A stretch of 64,000 nucleotides of DNA from a virus: UHGV virus genome UHGV-0293664; one strand, written 5' to 3'. This document shows, piece by piece, positions 29,333-36,758 of this stretch. Position numbers and translations under genes: made by a program. The stretch's first letter is position 1; each line of letters starts with the position of its first letter. The notes under the pieces were generated by a model. The model was given only the letters and a program-made list of their open reading frames with translations, did no database searches and had not been told where the DNA came from.

Positions 29333-30094
29333 TTAAAGTTCCATAAAGTTTTCTACGATCTCAATGAATGTTTTATCAGAGAAAGCATCGACCGCCCCGT
29401 TAAACCAAACTGGGATGCCGCGATCCTCATATTGGTAAATATCACTACGTGAAATGCCATTCTCCCCCAGCTGCTGTGAGTCGTATTTGTTAACGATCAG
29501 CAGTTTGGTTCCCTTATTGCAGGCAGGGAATAGCTCCCAGTTAAAATTGATAACTGTGTTGGAACACCCTACAAGGATAACCATATCATTACTCGTAAGA
29601 GAAGTCAACAGGTCATACATGTCTGTATACTTCGGAGCTACTTCTCCGAAGAACACCACATTAGGCTTAACCCAGGTATACTTTCCTGCATCTACCTCAG
29701 AGTATCCAATGTCCTTAATGACGTTACTTCCTTCATCGTCCTCATAGACTATTTCTGGCAAATACCCGTGGACATGTAAAATATCTTCATGTTTTACACC
29801 AGCACGCTCCAGCAAATCATCTACATTGGTGGTAAGGTTGATCACACGACCAGACCAGCGGGAATACCACTCAGCGATCCGAAGATGTGCAAGGTTAGGA
29901 TCAACACTGCCCAGAGCTACACGACGTGCATTGTAAAAGTCATGCACCTTATAGTAGTTCTTGGCAAAGGTGTGGATGTTGCACACCTCATCGATGCTGA
30001 AATTCTCCCACATTGCAGTGCTACCAGATCGGAAAGTGGGAATACCAGATTCAGCGCTCAAACCCGCACCGGAGATAATAATAAGTCGTCGCAT
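29333..30094 (-). CDS. Sir2-family (sirtuin-like) protein lacking the zinc ribbon
   Basis: GAGLSAESGIPTFR, TTNVDDLLERAG, LHVHGY (catalytic His), VVFFGE, ILVGCS all match sirtuin motifs; no CxxC pairs. Confidence 0.65.
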   Translation of the reverse strand: MRRLIIISGAGLSAESGIPTFRSGSTAMWENFSIDEVCNIHTFAKNYYKVHDFYNARRVALGSVDPNLAHLRIAEWYSRWSGRVINLTTNVDDLLERAGVKHEDILHVHGYLPEIVYEDDEGSNVIKDIGYSEVDAGKYTWVKPNVVFFGEVAPKYTDMYDLLTSLTSNDMVILVGCSNTVINFNWELFPACNKGTKLLIVNKYDSQQLGENGISRSDIYQYEDRGIPVWFNGAVDAFSDKTFIEIVENFMEL

Positions 30095-30102
30095 AAGTGT
30101 CC

Positions 30103-30453
30103 TCAGTAGATGTTTTGTTTAATATCTATTCCAAACTTTTTAAACGAGTCAGCTGCAAGCATGAATTTACGAGCCGCTGATGGGTTAGAAGTATGCACGA
30201 AAATCTTCACGTTGTCAACTACAGGAGGCTTACCAAATACAAATTTTTCCTCCAACATAGATAGGCAATCGTACCCTTCGAACACCTCTCCAAGGTCGTT
30301 GTCCATGTGCCACTCAGAAACGCGTCTGTAGAGCTTTCTATTATCGTTAATAAAATCCATAAACTCGGAGGAATTCTTTAGCCAAATAGCGTCTGGTAGC
30401 CCATAATTTGACGGATCTCTCAAGTCATCCAGCCACACAATCAACTTCTTCAT
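30103..30453 (-). CDS. hypothetical protein (116 aa)
   Basis: ORF between Sir2 and the ligase-like gene. Confidence 0.4.
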   Translation of the reverse strand: MKKLIVWLDDLRDPSNYGLPDAIWLKNSSEFMDFINDNRKLYRRVSEWHMDNDLGEVFEGYDCLSMLEEKFVFGKPPVVDNVKIFVHTSNPSAARKFMLAADSFKKFGIDIKQNIY

Positions 30454-31406
30454 TGCATATAGTTCTCGTTGTGGAAATAGTAATCAAGTATCTCACGGCG
30501 TTCCTGCTCTAGGAGGCAGTTCCATACATCCTCTGTGTAGTTGTTACGAATGAAGTTTACCATGCCGTAAAACTCTTCGTCAACACGTTTAAAGATATCA
30601 TCATCCCAAATCTTCCAAGCTTTACCTCTCATTACGGCCTTCCGTGCCAGATAGTATGGAGACTTAATCTTCAGCTGCAGATCATAAGGGTAGTAAGGCT
30701 TACGAATCATATACCCTTCACCTCTTGTTTCTGCAGCTAATTCTTTTGCATAACTGAACGGAATTTCACGCACAGTGTGAGGACGTTTTGCACCAAGGTA
30801 TTTGGCAATCCCGTCTAGAGCTGCTTCTGGTAGCATTATTCCAGAATCATTATATCTGCAACCTATCAAATATGCGCCATGATCTTCCTGAACAATATGC
30901 GGATCTGAAGGGTGACAAATTTCAAACATGAATGTCATGTTTTCATTACCCATAACTTTCTTGATAAGATCTAAATTACCACATTGCTCATGGATGGTTT
31001 CCTTTGCGAGGTCACAATATGGAGAATCAAGAGATCCGGTTGTTGAGAACAATAGTTCACCTTTATGAGATGATACCACACCAAGGAATCCGTTCTTTTT
31101 CTCTACCGCCGTCACAAGCTTATTGTCAGGCAGGTTGGTGGAGTTTTCTCCTAAGTTAAACACTTTTGTGAAGGGCCATGCCACAACATTTCCTTCATTA
31201 CCGACAACAATGCCTCGACACTCCAGTAAACGAGGGGACAAATGCCATAGATTGTTGTAAAATACTTTTCTGGCATATTTATAGATCTTTAACCCAAGAT
31301 CTGGGTAATATCTACTGGTTACAAGACCTTTGTCAACTAGGTCGTCTGCATTAAAATACTTCATCATACGTTCCTCATTTGTCATTTTGTTCCACAATCT
31401 TCCCAC
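30450..31406 (-). CDS. putative RNA ligase (covalent nucleotidyltransferase)
   Basis: Motif I EKKNGF (KxNG), motif IV EGYMIRK, motif V LKIKS; distinct from the DNA ligase at 26695. Confidence 0.5.
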   Translation of the reverse strand: MGRLWNKMTNEERMMKYFNADDLVDKGLVTSRYYPDLGLKIYKYARKVFYNNLWHLSPRLLECRGIVVGNEGNVVAWPFTKVFNLGENSTNLPDNKLVTAVEKKNGFLGVVSSHKGELLFSTTGSLDSPYCDLAKETIHEQCGNLDLIKKVMGNENMTFMFEICHPSDPHIVQEDHGAYLIGCRYNDSGIMLPEAALDGIAKYLGAKRPHTVREIPFSYAKELAAETRGEGYMIRKPYYPYDLQLKIKSPYYLARKAVMRGKAWKIWDDDIFKRVDEEFYGMVNFIRNNYTEDVWNCLLEQERREILDYYFHNENYMQ

Positions 31407-31428
31407 ATAAACAGCATCATGTCAACAC

Positions 31429-31457
31429 TTGAAATGTTCAAAAGAACACGATATACT
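31429..31457 (+). promoter_or_regulatory. sigma70-like promoter
   Basis: TTGAAA (31429-31434), 17-nt spacer, TATACT (31452-31457) upstream of the kinase gene. Confidence 0.4.
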
Positions 31458-31485
31458 ATCGTTGAAATTAAAACGGAGGATTACT

Positions 31486-31896
31486 ATGTCTAAAATGCTA
31501 TATATCGTGCGTGGTCTACCAGGGTCTGGCAAATCAACACTGGCAAATGCGCTATCTTTAGAAGGTCTGTATCCACATTTTGAGAACGACATGTTCTGGT
31601 ACGACGATGATGGAAATTACAACTGGGATGCAAGTAAAGTAACACTTGCAGCAAAATGGTGCAAAGATAACGTAGAAGATATGATGCGTATGGGATACGA
31701 CCGTATCGTGGTAAGTAATACGTTTACAAAAGAAAAATATGTGCAAGAATATATTGACATGGCGATCAGTCATGGGTATAGTTATACCGTGATCGTGGTT
31801 GAAAACCGCCATGGTAATAAAAGCATTCATGATGTTCCAGACAGGGTTGTGGATCGTATGGAACGCCAGCTTAAAAACTGCATTAAACTTAAATGA
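31486..31896 (+). CDS. polynucleotide 5'-kinase-like P-loop protein
   Basis: GLPGSGKSTLANAL P-loop and VVSNTFT resemble the T4 Pnk kinase domain; start placed at the SD-preceded ATG (31486), not the longer track ORF. Confidence 0.55.
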   Translation: MSKMLYIVRGLPGSGKSTLANALSLEGLYPHFENDMFWYDDDGNYNWDASKVTLAAKWCKDNVEDMMRMGYDRIVVSNTFTKEKYVQEYIDMAISHGYSYTVIVVENRHGNKSIHDVPDRVVDRMERQLKNCIKLK

Positions 31897-31903
31897 GGAA
31901 TGT

Positions 31904-32458
31904 ATGAAATACTTTGTAACAAGCGACACACACTTTCTCCACCAGCGGGTCATGGAGTTCGACTCATGTCAAAAACACAGATCTCAGTATGATCACAATC
32001 TTGACAGTATGAATGCGGGAATCATCACCAAGTGGAACTCTGTTGTGTCACCTGCAGACACTGTGTTCCACTTGGGAGATATTGCGTGCACTAATGATAA
32101 GAATATCAACAACTTACTTCCAGATATTCTAAATATGTTGAACGGACATATTATTCTTGTTCGTGGCAACCATGACACAAGGACGACTGTCAGAATTATG
32201 AAAGAGTTCGGTCATGAGGTTGTAGATTATTACGAGCTTCGCCACAACAAGAATTTGATCTGTATGAGCCATTACCAGTTTGCAAAGTGGAACAGAAAGC
32301 CTCACGGATCAGTCCAACTGTTCGGTCATGCTCACGGAACCACACAGCAGTTGTTTGGCAGGCAGTTTGATGTCGGTTGGGATGTGTGGGGGAGACTCTT
32401 ACCATTAGAAGAGGCATACCGTATTGCAATGAGTCTTGCTATTGACAGCGGGGAGTAA
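31904..32458 (+). CDS. calcineurin-like metallophosphoesterase
   Basis: SDTHF, HLGDIACTND, VRGNHD binuclear-metal motifs; start placed at ATG 31904. Confidence 0.6.
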   Translation: MKYFVTSDTHFLHQRVMEFDSCQKHRSQYDHNLDSMNAGIITKWNSVVSPADTVFHLGDIACTNDKNINNLLPDILNMLNGHIILVRGNHDTRTTVRIMKEFGHEVVDYYELRHNKNLICMSHYQFAKWNRKPHGSVQLFGHAHGTTQQLFGRQFDVGWDVWGRLLPLEEAYRIAMSLAIDSGE

Positions 32459-32505
32459 TCCCTGCTATTTTAAAGAAAATTGCCACACAAGGAGAATCAG
32501 GAGAT

Positions 32506-32856
32506 ATGAAAGATGGGGATAAGCTGCTATATCTTAAAGTCCCCCTTGAAATACTATCTATGTCAAAAGTTTTGAATGACACAACTGGGGAGGTTGTTGT
32601 TCTTGACTTATATGACAAGATCGTATACTGCTACCTGCACAACTGGTATAAGCTTGGAGGAAATTCACGCTTCACACCCAGCACAAGGAAAATTGCAGCA
32701 GATGTAGGGATAAAGAAAACAAAAGCAGCAGCGTGCGTTAAAACTTTAGAATGTGCAGGAGTGGTTGAAATATCCACACAAGGGAGAGGTAAAAGATGCA
32801 CATTTTCCAAAGTTTTGCCACCAGAAGAGGTTATTCGAATGTCAACAACTGATTAG
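32506..32856 (+). CDS. putative HTH DNA-binding protein
   Basis: STRKIAADVGIKKTKAAACVKTLECAGVV helix-turn-helix-like segment; immediately upstream of the iteron array. Confidence 0.4.
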   Translation: MKDGDKLLYLKVPLEILSMSKVLNDTTGEVVVLDLYDKIVYCYLHNWYKLGGNSRFTPSTRKIAADVGIKKTKAAACVKTLECAGVVEISTQGRGKRCTFSKVLPPEEVIRMSTTD

Positions 32857-32910
32857 ACCAGTAAAAACTTAAATATCTGTACTATAAGGATTCGTATGTT
32901 TTATGTTCGC

Positions 32911-33015
32911 CATGGAACAGACACTGTTAACTGTCCGTGATACGGACACTACTGTCCGTCACGCGGACACATCTGCCCGTAATACGGACACTAACTGTCC
33001 GTGATACGGACACAT
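32911..33015. repeat. tandem array of about 4 inverted-repeat units (GTCCGT-N4-ACGGAC), iteron-like
   Basis: Units at 32931-32950, 32951-32972, 32973-32993, 32994-33015 preceded by an ACAGACACTGT palindrome. Confidence 0.6.
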
Positions 33016-33140
33016 AAAGAATATAACTAAAATAACTAAATAATAAAAATAAAAAGATCTAGTACTTATGGTACTAAAGTACATATACTTAACTTATGTA
33101 GAATATACTAGATCCTAAGTACCATGTTTTAAAATTATTA
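33016..33140. other. AT-rich tract
   Basis: About 125 nt of very high A+T between the iterons and a GC-rich island. Confidence 0.5.
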
Positions 33141-33144
33141 CTTA

Positions 33145-33430
33145 CTATAGGTAGTGTCGGCCCTTCATTGGCACTCGCCTACGAGGGGCGAGATGCCGGG
33201 CCTCCATGGTGCACACAATAACAGAAGTGCATACATGCAGGTCTGTTAACATGTGTGGGAGCGAAGCGATAGCGCAGGCCAAAGGCCGAGCACTGATGTG
33301 GACCACCGACGAAAGCTTGCCAGCGCCGTAAGGAGTCGGTTGAGAGTCTCCCGCGCGAGCTTGGATGAAGTTTATGTGTGGAAACGGACAAGAAGGCACC
33401 TAAATCGCTCCACAGCTATATAAACTGCAC
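33145..33430. ncRNA. GC-rich non-coding island; candidate structured RNA
   Basis: Local G+C far above the flanks; the only ORFs are two overlapping minus-strand frames with non-protein-like composition; hairpins such as CTCGCC-tacgagg-GGCGAG. Confidence 0.3.
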
Positions 33431-33517
33431 CAAGTAGGGCAATCACATCAGTTTGATAGAAAAGCTCGTTACAAAGCGATACAGTGAGTTTTTCTATAAC
33501 TTGAAGAGGAGGCTGCT

Positions 33518-34096
33518 ATGAGTTCACGCAAAGATTCCCGTGAAAAGATTGCAAAACGTTATCAGAATGAAGAACAGATGGAGAAAACTTTCAAGTGGAA
33601 GCCAGGTTTCCAGCGTAATCATTCTAACGCTCGTGATCGTAAGCATCCGGATAAGTGGTTAACACCGCCAAATGATGGCATGCAGGCTGGTGATGAGAAG
33701 GAGCTGTCACCTGGAAAAGATGGCAACTACATTCGCACTAAGGAAGCAGGTCCAAAGGATGACAGTTATCTTGTAGATAAGGTTCTTGACGGTATTGATG
33801 TAGATGTTGACACTGCACGAAACCTTTTTCTTGGTTGGTATCGCACAGGGTTTTTCGACATCAAGGCTATTCGTCGTGTTTGTGATATTAAAAAGTCTGC
33901 CTATGATGATGACTCCCTACATCGCACTCTGAGACAATACTCGGAGAGATACGGTCATCCAGTTATCACTCTTGACGATATTAACGAAGTGATGTATCAT
34001 GCAGAGGTTGTTGCAGGTAGATTCGGTGATGCATACCTGGACATCCTTTCTGCAAAGGATGAGGTAATGTTGAATAAGATTTACTATGAACGCTGA
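33518..34096 (+). CDS. hypothetical protein (192 aa)
   Basis: ORF with SD GAGGAGG upstream. Confidence 0.45.
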   Translation: MSSRKDSREKIAKRYQNEEQMEKTFKWKPGFQRNHSNARDRKHPDKWLTPPNDGMQAGDEKELSPGKDGNYIRTKEAGPKDDSYLVDKVLDGIDVDVDTARNLFLGWYRTGFFDIKAIRRVCDIKKSAYDDDSLHRTLRQYSERYGHPVITLDDINEVMYHAEVVAGRFGDAYLDILSAKDEVMLNKIYYER

Positions 34097-34295
34097 GGAG
34101 CGCTTAATGAACAATCTGGTAGCAAAGAACTGTAATAGGTTTAACAAGTCTGCGATTCACACTGACAGGAAAAAGAGCTGGTCTCCTGACATCGACGATG
34201 AGCTTGAGAGTTACTTTGAAGACCTGGTCACTAATGCAGATGAGATTGCGATTAAAGAATACGCAGACAGGCGAGATAAGGCCGGAATCTGTTGA
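34086..34295 (+). CDS. hypothetical protein (69 aa)
   Basis: ORF overlapping the previous stop. Confidence 0.3.
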   Translation: MNAEERLMNNLVAKNCNRFNKSAIHTDRKKSWSPDIDDELESYFEDLVTNADEIAIKEYADRRDKAGIC

Positions 34296-34320
34296 CAAAA
34301 ATAATCTTACCTGATAAGAT
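34292..34320 (+). promoter_or_regulatory. sigma70-like promoter
   Basis: TTGACA (34292-34297), 17-nt spacer, TAAGAT (34315-34320). Confidence 0.5.
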
Positions 34321-34371
34321 CTGCAATATGATGTGATACAATTTTAACTTACGAGGTCTACAGGTAATGTT

Positions 34372-34614
34372 ATGTTTAAGGTTAAGCTCGTTTTTCGTTC
34401 CATGAATGAGGATTATTTAGAAGATGAAGGTGAATTTCGTGCACTAGATGATGCAATAGATTTTGCCAACGACTTAGCTTGTATGAATACTGGTTATGGG
34501 TTATGCTGTTGGGATGGTGGTGTTCAGATTGGCGATAGCAAGATCTTCTACTTCTACCCAGAGCCGGATAACAAACAAATTAAGTATGTTTTATTTATTT
34601 GTGCTTTACAATGA
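34372..34614 (+). CDS. hypothetical acidic protein (80 aa)
   Basis: ORF downstream of the promoter. Confidence 0.4.
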   Translation: MFKVKLVFRSMNEDYLEDEGEFRALDDAIDFANDLACMNTGYGLCCWDGGVQIGDSKIFYFYPEPDNKQIKYVLFICALQ

Positions 34615-34639
34615 GGTTGTTTTCGTGTATCATGATGAA

Positions 34640-34904
34640 TATCCAATTTAAAGATGAATTTGATGGCTTTATCTCCGGATGCTTTGAAACAGGGTTCGGA
34701 GAAGACTGAGTTCCCCTTAGAGGGCTTGATAGTGCACCACACTCAAAATGGTAGGGGCAGCCAGCACATGACGATGTGACCCCAGCCAACCTGTAATAAG
34801 GTCGAGCCCAAGTGCGGTAATGGGTATAGCTGGTAACCCACTTGTTGGGTCTTGTTGGTCCAGGACGCTGGGCAAGTCGCAGGGAACACCACCCTGCGGC
34901 GAAC
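34640..34904. ncRNA. non-coding GC-rich stretch; possible structured RNA or leader
   Basis: Only short overlapping minus-strand ORFs; hairpins GGGTATAGCTGGTAACCC and CAGGGaacaccacCCTG. Confidence 0.25.
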
Positions 34905-34933
34905 TTGACAATCAGTATTTGCTATGATAAAAT
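34905..34933 (+). promoter_or_regulatory. sigma70-like promoter
   Basis: TTGACA (34905-34910), 17-nt spacer, TAAAAT (34928-34933). Confidence 0.5.
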
Positions 34934-34961
34934 CCACCTATCACGTGATAATGGAGGAAAC

Positions 34962-35300
34962 ATGGCGGATACAACTAAAAAGCGTCGCCGTAGAGGCAGA
35001 CCTCTGAAAGAGGAGTCCAACGCCATTCAGCTAGAGAAGAACATCCTTGATATGAAGGAATCTTTTATAGCGATGGTTCCAGAAGCTCACAAAGTTTTAA
35101 GAGAGCTGATGTTGGACCCGAAAACCAAACAAAATATTCGTCAAAGCATTGCAGAGTATGTTCTTGATAAGGCAGAACGAATGCAGGAAGAATATGATGA
35201 GATGTTTGGTGAAGAGGAAGAGGTGGTAGTGGAAGAGGCTGAAAAACCAGCACCCTTTATGCCATTTACCACAGAAATACAGCCTGTTGGCAATAGTTAA
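34962..35300 (+). CDS. hypothetical protein with basic N-terminus and acidic C-terminus
   Basis: ATG after GGAGGA; KKRRRRGRP then EEEEVVVEEAE. Confidence 0.45.
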   Translation: MADTTKKRRRRGRPLKEESNAIQLEKNILDMKESFIAMVPEAHKVLRELMLDPKTKQNIRQSIAEYVLDKAERMQEEYDEMFGEEEEVVVEEAEKPAPFMPFTTEIQPVGNS

Positions 35301-35309
35301 AATATTTTC

Positions 35310-35338
35310 TTGACAAACTTTGCTTAACAGTGTAATAT
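35310..35338 (+). promoter_or_regulatory. sigma70-like promoter upstream of tRNA cluster
   Basis: TTGACA (35310-35315), 17-nt spacer, TAATAT (35333-35338). Confidence 0.5.
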
Positions 35339-35396
35339 TGTAAACATGGTCTCCCACCTTTTCTGGCGGCTCAGGTGTAAAAGAAAGCCACCCAGT

Positions 35397-35471
35397 GCCC
35401 TGTTAGCTTAGTGGATAAAGCAGCGGCCTTCTAAGCCGTTGACACTGGTTCGAGTCCAGTACGGGGTGCCA
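35397..35471 (+). tRNA. tRNA-Arg (anticodon UCU)
   Basis: Hand-folded cloverleaf: acceptor GCCCTGT/ACGGGGT (two G-U), D-stem GCTT/AAGC, anticodon loop CTTCTAA, T-arm ACTGG-TTCGAGT-CCAGT, CCA encoded. Confidence 0.65.
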
Positions 35472-35601
35472 AGTTCTTTTTAATGTAGCTTACTTTAGCA
35501 GAGTAAATCTTCGGCAAGTGGCGGTAACCACTTTACCGATACCTCATAGTTAGTGGTGAGAACACTAGCTATTTTAAAAAGAATTTAAATATTAGTATTT
35601 A

Positions 35602-35689
35602 GGTGAGTTAATTCCGTAGGGGTAGCGGGGCAGACTGTAAATCTGTTATCATTGCGATTCGGGTGGTTCGACTCCATCACTCACCACCA
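35602..35689 (+). tRNA. tRNA-Tyr (anticodon GUA), long variable arm
   Basis: Acceptor GGTGAGT/ACTCACC, anticodon arm GCAGA-CTGTAAA-TCTGT, long variable arm, T-loop TTCGACT, CCA encoded. Confidence 0.65.
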
Positions 35690-35803
35690 AATTTATATTT
35701 TTAAATGCATAAATCATACAGATAATGGCATTGATATTTATCGTCGTTTATACTAGTCACTAACTGCTCGAAAATCAGTGTCATTATCAGTATTGTTTAT
35801 AAA

Positions 35804-35894
35804 AGAGGGTAGGGAGCAATGGTGCTCAAGCGGTCTTGAAAACCGTCCCGTTGAGGATGACTCGATGATGGTTCGATTCCATTATCCTCTGCCA
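35804..35894 (+). tRNA. tRNA-Ser (anticodon UGA), class II
   Basis: Acceptor AGAGGGT/ATCCTCT, anticodon loop CTTGAAA, long variable arm, T-loop TTCGATT, CCA encoded. Confidence 0.6.
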
Positions 35895-35992
35895 TATTGT
35901 TGACCTTGTAATTAAGCGAAAGCCGGAAGCAGAACCGGATTATCAAATGTTACAGTCGTCATCGCCGACTAGCAACATGGTCAACATACTGA

Positions 35993-36089
35993 GCTAGGTA
36001 AGCCCTTTGGCAAGGGCGAGGATTTTTAATCCTGAAAATAGACGAGGTAGTCGTTGAATACATAGGTGGTTCGATTCCATCACCTAGCA
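35993..36089 (+). tRNA. atypical tRNA-like gene (97 nt; anticodon uncertain, possibly UUU)
   Basis: Perfect 7-bp acceptor GCTAGGT/ACCTAGC, D-stem GCCC/GGGC, T-arm GGTGG-TTCGATT-CCATC, but only a 4-bp anticodon stem AGGA/TCCT (loop TTTTTAA), a 30-nt extra region and no full CCA. Confidence 0.45.
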
Positions 36090-36096
36090 CCTTTTT

Positions 36097-36172
36097 GCTG
36101 ATGTAGCACAATTGGTAGTGCAATTGATTTGTAATCAATAGGTTGCAGGTTCGAGTCCTGCTATCAGCACCA
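36097..36172 (+). tRNA. tRNA-Thr (anticodon UGU)
   Basis: Acceptor GCTGATG/TATCAGC, D-stem GCAC/GTGC, anticodon arm ATTGA-TTTGTAA-TCAAT, T-arm GCAGG-TTCGAGT-CCTGC, CCA. Confidence 0.7.
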
Positions 36173-36173
36173 T

Positions 36174-36248
36174 GGCCCTGTAGCTGGAAGGTTCAAGCAA
36201 GCGACTCATAATCGCCAGACGGTGGTTCAATTCCACCCAGGGCCACCA
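36174..36248 (+). tRNA. tRNA-Met (anticodon CAU; initiator, elongator or Ile2 not distinguishable)
   Basis: Acceptor GGCCCTG/CAGGGCC, anticodon loop CTCATAA, T-arm GGTGG-TTCAATT-CCACC, CCA. Confidence 0.65.
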
Positions 36249-36259
36249 AATAATAAATA

Positions 36260-36336
36260 CTCCGCGTAGCTCAGCTTGGTAGAGCGCCTGATTTGGGATC
36301 AGGAGGTCGAGTGTTCGAATCACTCCGTGGAGACCA
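36260..36336 (+). tRNA. tRNA-Pro (anticodon UGG)
   Basis: Acceptor CTCCGCG/CGTGGAG, D-arm GCTC-AGCTTGGTA-GAGC, anticodon arm CCTGA-TTTGGGA-TCAGG, T-arm GAGTG-TTCGAAT-CACTC, CCA. Confidence 0.7.
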
Positions 36337-36383
36337 CTTTCAGTTATACTTTAAACATATACAAACAAAAGGAACCTTTAAAA

Positions 36384-36653
36384 ATGTATACACTTAAAAT
36401 TGTAGAGCGTGTAAATCCAACCCATACCGTAGATTTTCGTGACGATTTCAATCCTCTGGCTGTAAATCTTCGAGAGTCATATCATGAACTCAGCTGCGAT
36501 GCAGTGGTGGTCTTTTTTGAAGACAACTCTGAAGGGGCGGTAGCTTGTGTTGTTGATAGTGAGCAGAAGTTTTATATTTACAGAGATGTAGATGCATACT
36601 TGATGAATGAAAATGCAGTTACTGTTAGAATCATCCACCGAGTGCCTCGATAA
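36384..36653 (+). CDS. hypothetical protein (about 90 aa)
   Basis: Start placed at ATG 36384 after AAGGAA, because the longer track ORF (36276) would overlap tRNA-Pro. Confidence 0.4.
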   Translation: MYTLKIVERVNPTHTVDFRDDFNPLAVNLRESYHELSCDAVVVFFEDNSEGAVACVVDSEQKFYIYRDVDAYLMNENAVTVRIIHRVPR

Positions 36654-36709
36654 GTATTAGTCTCCTTTTAGTTAGTTTCGATCTATTTAGGTTACTCAAT
36701 TTTAACCCG

Positions 36710-36740
36710 CCCCGTTAGCTGTATAGCTGCGGGGTTTTTT
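36710..36740 (+). terminator. rho-independent terminator
   Basis: CCCCG...CGGGG hairpin followed by TTTTTT. Confidence 0.55.
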
Positions 36741-36758
36741 CGTTTCTGGAGCCTTAAA

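Noticed and set aside
31558-31953. 131-aa minus-strand ORF overlapping the kinase gene
   Set aside because: Antisense to a P-loop kinase ORF that has a clear RBS and motifs; low-complexity translation.
32911-33015. CRISPR array
   Set aside because: The units are contiguous ~20-bp inverted repeats with no intervening spacers and only four copies, with no cas genes; iteron/operator-like instead.
33145-33399. Minus-strand ORFs of 84 and 70 aa inside the GC-rich island
   Set aside because: They overlap each other in different frames and have a non-protein-like composition without RBS context; the region is treated as non-coding.
34554-34937. Four overlapping short minus-strand ORFs
   Set aside because: Mutually overlapping frames in an intergenic gap on the strand opposite the surrounding operon; likely spurious.
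35397-35471. Possible amber-suppressor tRNA (anticodon CUA) if the anticodon loop is read as TTCTAAG
   Set aside because: That register needs a non-pairing anticodon stem; the canonical 5-bp stem GCGGC/GCCGT gives loop CTTCTAA with U33 and anticodon UCU (Arg).
35472-35601. Additional tRNA between tRNA-Arg and tRNA-Tyr
   Set aside because: A GTGG-cggtaa-CCAC hairpin is present but there is no T-loop (TTCRAnT) or acceptor pairing; no cloverleaf could be built.
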